From NCBI GenBank assembly GCA_965216875.1, contig OZ244207.1, forward strand, positions 3,552,001-3,616,000: a stretch of DNA of 64,000 nucleotides. The letters run 5' to 3'. Shown one piece after another: positions 8,813 through 15,945 of this stretch. Numbering within the stretch: position 1 is the stretch's first letter; every line of letters begins with the position of its first letter. The notes under the pieces are model-generated. The model was not told the origin of the DNA, searched no databases, and was given only the letters and a program-made list of their open reading frames with translations. This DNA is from Rubripirellula sp. Its GTDB lineage: Bacteria > Planctomycetota > Planctomycetia > Pirellulales > Pirellulaceae. The translations under genes and the position numbers were made by a program.

Positions 8813-11754
8813 CACTCGCCCCCAACCCTCAGCATCGCGGACAGGACCAAGTCGTCTCCACCTCGTGTGCAGCGATGGTTTTCCGCTCGGCGCACGAGAC
8901 GGTCGGTGCGTTACTTGCAAGGATCATTGCGACCGAGAGCTTGCGTGAGGGCACACTCTATCCGGTCCCGACTAGCCGAGACGATATCACTTGCGCCGGT
9001 ATTGTTTGGATCAACAAGGATGACGAAGCGCGGGTCGACTGTTTACCCGATGCGATCCCTTTGTACAAACCAGCGTCCGATCTCGAGATTTGGTTGCCGC
9101 GGTTAAGTCAAATCGCCCCCGCGTTGCCAAGTGGAATGTTGCGAGATGCCGCGGCCAAGGATCAACTGATCCGCGTCTGGCTACCCCATCTCGGGCTGGT
9201 TGGTTTTGCCAAAGACGATGCGATTTGCGCGCGTGATTGGGTCACCACCGCAGATCGAGGCAGCGCCAGACCTTGGTCGATGCCACCGGAAACGTGGTCG
9301 CCTCCCCAACACCTTTCCGAGCTGTCGATGTTGCAGCCACCATCGCTCGAATCGTTTCTGTCAGGTCTTCAAAGTGAGCTTGGCCCCTCCGACGAGCGTT
9401 TGATCGACGTTGACAGCGATGGAATAGCAGAAACGCCAAACCCCGCCGGAAAAATGCGAGGTTGGGTCCTACGCAAACTCGACCAACTTGCCGAGTTCGG
9501 CCGGTCCAAAAAGAAACCTGACGAAGAAAGCCAATCCTCAGGGAAACTTAGCGAGAAAAACAAAAACCCAGCCTCCGGTGCCGCCGGTGCTGCAGCGGCG
9601 GCCGGTCTGGCAGGCGCCGCTGGCGCTGCCGGTGCGGCGGCAGCCATGGGCAAAATGCTCGGCAAGATATCGGCTCCGATGGCGGCCGCCATGTCACGAA
9701 TGATGCAAGGTGAGCGCGAAGATCAAATCGAGAAGTTGCTCAAGATGATGAGCAAGAATCCTGATGAAGCACTCAAGTACGCGATTCCTCTTAACAGTCT
9801 TGCGGAAACGTTCCGTGGTTTCTCGATGCCCGGCGCAGCACTCACCTCGCGACTGACCGATTTCTCGATGGGGTCGTTGTTTGGTGGCGGCAGCGCGCCT
9901 GCTGATTTTTGGTCGATCAACCACGATCTGCAAATGAAGCTGCAGCAGAAGTATCGCGAGCAAGCCAATCGCGAGATCGCAGCGGGGCGTTATCGTCGTG
10001 CCGCCTACATCTTTGCCCACCTTTTAGCCGACCTGCGCGCCGCCGCTTCGGTACTTGAACGGGGAAAGTTCTATGCCGAGGCTGCAGTGCTTTACCGTGA
10101 CAAATTGCATGACAAACCTTCAGCAGCGCGGTGCTTCGCATCCTGTGGCATGTACGTCGAAGCTTGCGAGCTCTTCCTTTCGATGAATCAATACGAGCGT
10201 GCTGGTGAAATCTGGGTCTCGGCGGAGGAGCCGGACCGGGCTCGCGAGATGTTTGAACAGGCCTTCCGTAATTACAAGAGCCAGGGCGCGATCGTCTCGG
10301 CAGCCAAAGTGCTTGACGCACGATTGCAGCGCCGCGATGAAGCGATCGAACTGCTGTGCGACCAATGGCCGACTGGACCAGATGCCCAACAAGGTGCGCT
10401 GCTCGCGTTTCAATGGATGGGGGAAGACGGTCGTCATGAACAGGCGGATCGCACGATTCGTCAAATGCACGAGTCCTCGGTGCCGCACTACCGAGCCAAC
10501 TTTGCAGCGCTCGCTGCCGATACCGCCAAACGCTACCCTGATCGAACCGTGCGTGAGATCAGCGAAGACCTTTGCCGATTGAGTGCCGCGTCTTCACTCA
10601 AATCGGGCGCTCCGATCGAACGCAATTCCGTGCTTGAGTCCCTTGGCGAGCTCACACCTTCGGACCCTCAGCTCAAACGCGACGCGATCCGGTTTGCAGA
10701 TCAACAGCGCGAGCGGGAAAGAGCCCAACAGTTACCAAGGAAGAAACCTAAACGAGGAGCGCCGCATCATCTTGGTGATTGGGATCTTCCCCCGGACTAT
10801 CGTTACCTTGGTTGTCGCGCAGTCGAGCACTGGAACAGCCAACAACTTGTTGTCATCGCTGCCCGCAACCAAAGTCTTGTACTGCGGCGAATTACGAACA
10901 CAAAGCGATATAGCGTCGGCGAAGTCACGACGCCGATTGCACTGCGTCGAGATGCCGATTCGATATCGGCAAGCGATATCATGTTCGGCAAAGTCGGTGA
11001 CTCGCCGCACGATCGCTCGATATTGCGCGTCGAAGTCTACGCGCCCATCATCGAGAACGGGGTCAGCCAAGCGGCTTCCTTCCCCATTGCTCGACTACAA
11101 GCCAAGCGTAGTGATCAAATCGTTGCCGTCGCCTGCGGCCCCGATGATGAACCATGGGAGCTGAGCTTCGATTCGCAGTCGCTTGAGCTACGTCATCAAC
11201 ACCACCGCACCTATGACCTGACCGAACATCTCGTCGAAGCGGTGACGGCGAACCCGTTTGAGCAAGTTCTTGAAGATGACGACTTGTCCAGCGGCGGAAT
11301 GCGTTTCACTCTCGCCGTCGCGGCGGGCTGGCCAGTGATTGGTATCAATCGCCACCTCTTTGAACTTCGCCGCGGTGAGATTGTGGCTCTCGACGTCATC
11401 ACCGGTGAAATCAACTACCTTGCACCTTCGCCTCGACACAGCCGCAATCGAGTCGCGATTGCACATGATCGCGGATTGGACGTCATGTATTTGGATGTCA
11501 ACGAATCGGTGTCGGTCTGCAGCCACCGATCCTACGAACGAGTGATTTGGGCTGGTCAGGGGCGAATCGTCGCAATCAGTGGAACGACGCTGCACTCCTT
11601 TGAATACGACCAGACGCGTTTCCGCCCAACGGGACGTGCCCACTTGAAACGCCCCGACGGGGAAACGTCTCCGATCGAACTCCTAGCGTTGAACACGGAC
11701 ATTGTGGCGGTCGTCTGGACCAACGGATCGATCGCTCGTTATCTTCTACCGTGA
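8794..11754 (+). CDS. bpX3-like N-terminus + TPR/helical repeat + beta-rich C-terminal domain protein of ternary system
   Basis: REDQIEKLL..NPDEALKYAIPL, YREQANREIAAGRYRRAAYIFAHLLADLRAAASVLERGKFYAEAAVLY, TPR-like helices, beta-rich last ~340 aa; overlaps upstream gene by 19 nt. Confidence 0.7.
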   Translation: MQPIELTLAPNPQHRGQDQVVSTSCAAMVFRSAHETVGALLARIIATESLREGTLYPVPTSRDDITCAGIVWINKDDEARVDCLPDAIPLYKPASDLEIWLPRLSQIAPALPSGMLRDAAAKDQLIRVWLPHLGLVGFAKDDAICARDWVTTADRGSARPWSMPPETWSPPQHLSELSMLQPPSLESFLSGLQSELGPSDERLIDVDSDGIAETPNPAGKMRGWVLRKLDQLAEFGRSKKKPDEESQSSGKLSEKNKNPASGAAGAAAAAGLAGAAGAAGAAAAMGKMLGKISAPMAAAMSRMMQGEREDQIEKLLKMMSKNPDEALKYAIPLNSLAETFRGFSMPGAALTSRLTDFSMGSLFGGGSAPADFWSINHDLQMKLQQKYREQANREIAAGRYRRAAYIFAHLLADLRAAASVLERGKFYAEAAVLYRDKLHDKPSAARCFASCGMYVEACELFLSMNQYERAGEIWVSAEEPDRAREMFEQAFRNYKSQGAIVSAAKVLDARLQRRDEAIELLCDQWPTGPDAQQGALLAFQWMGEDGRHEQADRTIRQMHESSVPHYRANFAALAADTAKRYPDRTVREISEDLCRLSAASSLKSGAPIERNSVLESLGELTPSDPQLKRDAIRFADQQRERERAQQLPRKKPKRGAPHHLGDWDLPPDYRYLGCRAVEHWNSQQLVVIAARNQSLVLRRITNTKRYSVGEVTTPIALRRDADSISASDIMFGKVGDSPHDRSILRVEVYAPIIENGVSQAASFPIARLQAKRSDQIVAVACGPDDEPWELSFDSQSLELRHQHHRTYDLTEHLVEAVTANPFEQVLEDDDLSSGGMRFTLAVAAGWPVIGINRHLFELRRGEIVALDVITGEINYLAPSPRHSRNRVAIAHDRGLDVMYLDVNESVSVCSHRSYERVIWAGQGRIVAISGTTLHSFEYDQTRFRPTGRAHLKRPDGETSPIELLALNTDIVAVVWTNGSIARYLLP

Positions 11755-12107
11755 TGACCGAGCGTTCGAACCCACCCGCCAAAGACCACCGCCGCACGAT
11801 TGTGCTGGTACTGGCTATCGTTCTACTGACCACCTACGTGTTTTCCTCGTGGTCCAATCTTGGTGGCGCTTCGGGAGAATTCACGCGAGCGGCGAGTGGT
11901 CGAATCGGATTGTTATTGATCGCACTCTGGCTAGCGTGGCCATCGCTTCGCCGTCCAGCAAGCTGGTTGCCGCCCGGCATGGCGGTCGCGGGTGTGATCA
12001 CCCTTGCCGTCCTCGCCGCCCAACCCAAGTTGATCATCGCCGCAGTGCCAGCATTCTTGACCCTATTGACCGTCGCCGGGTTTGTGCGAGCGTTCAAACA
12101 GAAATAG
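11751..12107 (+). CDS. Small integral membrane protein (about 4 TM)
   Basis: Hydrophobic segments; GTGA start/stop overlap with upstream gene. Confidence 0.75.
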   Translation: MMTERSNPPAKDHRRTIVLVLAIVLLTTYVFSSWSNLGGASGEFTRAASGRIGLLLIALWLAWPSLRRPASWLPPGMAVAGVITLAVLAAQPKLIIAAVPAFLTLLTVAGFVRAFKQK

Positions 12108-12132
12108 GTTGCTGCGAGAACTGGCGGAGCCA

Positions 12133-12397
12133 GTAGCTACCTTCGCCAGAAGGTGGTTCTTGTGTGACCGTGCCGGATCTGTGTCGCTGTCGCTCCTTGA
12201 TCCGGCCTACGAAAGATTCCGGCTAAAGCTCGGTACTACGAACTGGATCCCGCCCCGTAGCTACCTTCGCCAGAAGGTGGAAGGCGATCACGGACGCCTA
12301 TCACGAAAGTCACGAGAAGGCTTGGTGCGTGCAAGCACACACCCTACGGCCTTTCCTTGCCGGATCTGTGTCGCTGTCGCTCCTTGATCCGGCCTAC
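12133..12397. repeat. REP-like mosaic cluster (families A x2, B, C x2, D)
   Basis: GTAGCTACCTTCGCCAGAAGGTGG at 12133 and 12257; TGCCGGATCTGTGTCGCTGTCGCTCCTTGATCCGGCCTAC at 12171 and 12358; AGATTCCGGCTAAAGCTCGGTACTACGAAC at 12214; GGTGCGTGCAAGCACACACCCTAC at 12324. Confidence 0.9.
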
Positions 12398-12405
12398 GCC
12401 GACGC

Positions 12406-12807
12406 CTACTGAATCAATCGCCAGTTGACTGGGTACTCATAGTGCTGGCCGTCCTTGACCGCCAATGCGGCGATGATTCCAAAGATCACCTGCATCAACA
12501 TGGGGACGAAGATCAGCGGGAACAGCATCCCACAGCTGACGGCGATCAGCACACCACAAACGATTGCGATCAAGAACATGGTGATTTGAAAGTTCAGCGC
12601 CTCTTTCGCCTGCGTTTCGACGTAGGGCGAAGAATCCTTCTTCATCAGATAGATCACCAGCGGGCCGACAAACCCAAGGTAACCGCCGGTGAACAAACCA
12701 ACCAAACCCGACAGGTGTGCAATCAAAGCGAGATTGCGATCATCGCTGGAGGGAGTGAATTCAAGATCGTTCACGGGAGGTGGGTAGGGGTTGGTTGGGT
12801 CGCTCAT
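12406..12807 (-). CDS. DUF4870 (Tic20-like) membrane protein
   Basis: LAHL-like ALIAHLS, GPLVIYLMKKD.SPYVETQAKEALNFQIT, G..YEYP. Confidence 0.9.
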   Translation of the reverse strand: MSDPTNPYPPPVNDLEFTPSSDDRNLALIAHLSGLVGLFTGGYLGFVGPLVIYLMKKDSSPYVETQAKEALNFQITMFLIAIVCGVLIAVSCGMLFPLIFVPMLMQVIFGIIAALAVKDGQHYEYPVNWRLIQ

Positions 12808-13072
12808 CGTTGTTCCTTTTTCTCTTCTTCTATCACGGCAATGCCGGATCTGTCTGTCGGCAATGCCGGGTTTCTCATGCGGCTAAGTCTCTTGGCAGCG
12901 TGAGATTCGGGCGCCAACAAGCTTGCGGTTCTATTTTGGCGGTTTCCGAGGTGGCATGCCAACGCGTCGATTGCGGGATTGAGTTTGTTTTTTCGACCCG
13001 CTCATCATTTGCCTGCCACTTAAAGAGGCTCGAAAAGGTGTTCGTTTTGGCGCGACAACTCTTGGCCCTGCT

Positions 13073-13202
13073 CCCAGAATTGGCGTATTGGCCACTACGG
13101 TTTGGCGTATTGCTTGATGCGATTTGGCGATTGGACCGGTGCAATTTCGCGATTGACCCAGTGCAATTTCGCGATTGGCCCGTGCAATTTTGCGATTGGC
13201 TA
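13073..13202. repeat. Imperfect 21-22 bp tandem direct repeat array in divergent intergenic region
   Basis: GTGCAATTTCGCGATTG at 13139 and 13161, GTGCAATTTTGCGATTG at 13182, ATGCGATTTGGCGATTG at 13117, TTGGCGTATTG at 13080 and 13102. Confidence 0.75.
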
Positions 13203-13477
13203 CGTCGGAATCCCGCGTGTTGCCGCGACCTGGCAAGGCTGGGAGAGTTTGCGGCCGGGAAAAAACGTGAAACACGAGTTCGCCCGTAATCAGCCACAAA
13301 ATCCGAAAAAACCTACCACGTCTCCCTCGGTACGACCGAAACAACCAACAACACCGGTCTGGTTGGACCGTTCGACGATAATCACGACCCGCGGTGATAC
13401 CGTCCTCTCGTGAAGTGCGATTGGATTTCGGATGGCGTTGGGCCCAGAGTGATTTAGGACTGCAGGGAGGCATTTCG

Positions 13478-14731
13478 ATGCGACGCAAGTATTTCGGATT
13501 GGCGATTGCCGCGATCGCTACTCTCGGGCCAATGCAGGCCTGGGGTGGTGACCGTGAGATCGCAGAACAAATCATCAAGCGACTGAAAACCAATCGCGAT
13601 TCAGGTGCTTTGAAGGACTTCACCCTCGACATGAAGGTCGACAAGGGTGTGGTACTTTTCCGCGGCAATGTGGCCAAAGATCAACAGAAAGATCTTGTCC
13701 TCAGTGCTGCCAAAGGCATCGAAGGCATCAGCAAAGTGGTTGACGAAGTGACCGTCACCAAAGCTGAAGCAACGGCCAAAGTATTCAAGCCAAAGGCTGC
13801 GGTTGCTGCAAAAACCGAAGCCAAGCCCGCCAAAGACAAGTTCTCGTTCCGAGAAGCCTTGGCTGCACAGGCTGGCAAAATTCAAGTTGCAAAGCCAGCA
13901 CCGCTGCAAGTGATGCCAGGCGAAGTTCGCACGACAGCGGCCGTCGAGCCTGCTGCCGAGCCACTTCCAGCACCAGCACCGGTTGCTGCACCAGCACCTG
14001 TCGCGACTCCCGCACCAGCACCTGTCGCTGCTGCTCAACCTAGCAGCGACCAAGAGGTCGTTTCGGCAGTCGTTTCGGCTCTCAGCAAAGCACGTGACAA
14101 CGGCCAACTCAAGGGTTTCGGCGTCGACGTCAAGAGCCACAACGGTGTTCTGCAATTGACCGGACGCGCTAGCTCGCCCGCTCAACGCGACACGATCTTG
14201 CGTATCGCAGAAAGCATCCCAGGTGTTTCGGGCGTCCGCGAAGCCATTGCCATTCCAACGGCAGCTCCCGCTTTGCCACCACTTCCGAAGCCACCCGCAC
14301 TGCAAGAAGCTGCGGTTGCTAGCTTGAGCCCCGTTGCGGTTGACCAAGTCAATCGCCCAACTCGCCAAGGAACGCCAGCCGCTTTCGCTGCTGCTCCAAT
14401 GAACATCCCTGGCCAAATGGCTCACTACCGCATGCAAGGTCAAATGCAGGGCCAAGCTGCACCGGTCGCTGGCCAACCCGTCCCAATGGCACCTTATGGA
14501 GCCGCTGGTGCAGGTCCTCGCTACGACACGCCAAACCTGCCCAACTACGCATGGCCAGGCTACGCAGCTTACCCCAACTACGCCGCTGTGACTTACCCAC
14601 AACAGTACAGCCCATCGGCGTTCCCTTACATCGGACCTTTCTACCCCTACCCACAAGTCCCACTGGGATGGCGTAAAGTCTCCCTCGAATGGGATGACGG
14701 TTGGTGGTTCCTCGACTTCACCGACAAGTAG
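13478..14731 (+). CDS. BON-domain protein (two BON domains, Pro/Ala linkers, conserved Tyr/Pro/Trp-rich C-terminus)
   Basis: GGGAGG RBS then MRRKYFGLAIAAIA signal; VDKGVVLFRGNV..IEGISKVVDEV and SHNGVLQLTGRA..IPGVSGVREAI; tail YIGPFYPYPQVPLGWRKVSLEWDDGWWFLDF. Confidence 0.9.
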   Translation: MRRKYFGLAIAAIATLGPMQAWGGDREIAEQIIKRLKTNRDSGALKDFTLDMKVDKGVVLFRGNVAKDQQKDLVLSAAKGIEGISKVVDEVTVTKAEATAKVFKPKAAVAAKTEAKPAKDKFSFREALAAQAGKIQVAKPAPLQVMPGEVRTTAAVEPAAEPLPAPAPVAAPAPVATPAPAPVAAAQPSSDQEVVSAVVSALSKARDNGQLKGFGVDVKSHNGVLQLTGRASSPAQRDTILRIAESIPGVSGVREAIAIPTAAPALPPLPKPPALQEAAVASLSPVAVDQVNRPTRQGTPAAFAAAPMNIPGQMAHYRMQGQMQGQAAPVAGQPVPMAPYGAAGAGPRYDTPNLPNYAWPGYAAYPNYAAVTYPQQYSPSAFPYIGPFYPYPQVPLGWRKVSLEWDDGWWFLDFTDK

Positions 14732-14762
14732 TTGAAGTCGACTCCGATCGAATGAACGATAG

Positions 14763-14796
14763 ACCCGCGAGCAACCCGATTGCTCGCGGGTTTTTT
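14763..14796 (+). terminator. Rho-independent terminator
   Basis: Stem ACCCGCGAGCAA / TTGCTCGCGGGT followed by T run, about 30 nt after BON gene stop. Confidence 0.85.
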
Positions 14797-14815
14797 GTTA
14801 GGGGTCAGGCGGCGC

Positions 14816-14998
14816 CAGGCTTCAGGCTTCAGGCTTCAGGCTTCAGGCTTCAGGCTTCAGACTTCAGGCTTCAGGCTTCAGGGATCAGGGAGCAGGGAGC
14901 AGGGATCAGGTCAGCTTTCAGGGGCCTCAGGGGTCGATTTCCAGTCCTGAATTCTGAAGTCTGAAGCCTGACGCCTGAAGCCTCACCCCTGCCCCCTC
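14816..14998. repeat. Heptanucleotide tandem repeat with inverted counterpart
   Basis: (CAGGCTT)x9 with one CAGACTT at 14816-14878, four CAGGGAK units in register, then AAGCCTG-like units at 14943-14998. Confidence 0.9.
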
Positions 14999-15139
14999 AC
15001 CCGCAATCTGGAAACTTCTGACGGTTATTCCGGATTTACCCGCAAGATCAGCATAAGTTCACACGATACAACTACTACACAAGGCGCTGATCGTGAGCAC
15101 AGTCGGCGCGATAGTTACGAACCATGGAAGGTTGCTCGG

Positions 15140-15781
15140 ATGACCAGCACGCAACGTAGTCGCACAATCGAAGACAAGGCGACGGCCGCTCCGAAAAAAC
15201 GTCTTGTTTACTCTCTCGCCGGTAAGGTGACGTTGGGGGCAATGGCATTGTTGGCCGTCTCCACAACCGGTTGTTATGGGATCGGCGGAACGAACATTAA
15301 CCTTGGCTTCCTCGGATACCCCATTCCGGTAAGCCCTTACTTCCAGCACAAGCAAGAAGAAAAGTTCTGGAAGAACGAACGCTACGAGCGTGTGCCTATC
15401 TTGGGACCAACCACCAAGGGTGGACCCGCTGTGGCACTCGACCCGCCAACCGATGACGAGGTCATGCACGCGTTGGAAGAGGCTCGTCCTGTCCAAGGTG
15501 GCATTCCAATGCTTTGGGAAACCCAACGCAACAACGTTCGCATCATCAAAGAGAAGATCGCGGACTATGTTGACCCGCCACGCTTCTATCCTTTGATCGG
15601 GCCAGCCCAGCTGCACCACGCACACTACAAGTGCACGATCTACTTTGACGAAGAAACGATCGTGGGCTACCCCGTGCCGCACACCAAGCAAGACAACGAA
15701 GTGATTGAGACGATCTACATCGACCACAACCACTTCCACATGGTCGGCGACGTCGAACCTTACACGACACCGAACCTGTAA
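15140..15781 (+). CDS. Conserved Planctomycete hypothetical lipoprotein
   Basis: Lipobox-like LAVSTTGC; DPPTDDEVM, IADYVDPPRFYPLIGPAQLHHAHYKC, YIDHNHFHMVG. Confidence 0.85.
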   Translation: MTSTQRSRTIEDKATAAPKKRLVYSLAGKVTLGAMALLAVSTTGCYGIGGTNINLGFLGYPIPVSPYFQHKQEEKFWKNERYERVPILGPTTKGGPAVALDPPTDDEVMHALEEARPVQGGIPMLWETQRNNVRIIKEKIADYVDPPRFYPLIGPAQLHHAHYKCTIYFDEETIVGYPVPHTKQDNEVIETIYIDHNHFHMVGDVEPYTTPNL

Positions 15782-15811
15782 ACCAAACACCGACACACAC
15801 GTGTGGGCACC

Positions 15812-15846
15812 AAGAAAGCCGGCCTCGAAAGAGGTCGGCTTTTCTT
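15812..15846 (+). terminator. Rho-independent (possibly bidirectional) terminator
   Basis: AAGAAAGCCGGCCTC-GAAA-GAGGTCGGCTTTTCTT. Confidence 0.8.
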
Positions 15847-15945
15847 CGTTAGTGTGGACAGGGCAAATCGATCCGCATCTGGATGCGCAGGACACGCGCG
15901 TGAATCCTCGCGACCCGGTTGCGGGTCAATCGAAGGCATTAAGCG

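Noticed and set aside
12133..12397. Repeat cluster as CRISPR or tRNA/ncRNA gene
   Set aside because: Mixed families in both orientations, dispersed across the window; no cloverleaf or constant repeat-spacer period
13073..13202. 21-22 bp repeats as a CRISPR array
   Set aside because: Repeats are contiguous with no unique 30-40 bp spacers and no cas genes
13601..14656. 351-aa minus-strand ORF (likewise 34843..35973, 40883..41800, 46795..47799, 53813..54730)
   Set aside because: Antisense to well-supported genes; no recognisable motifs
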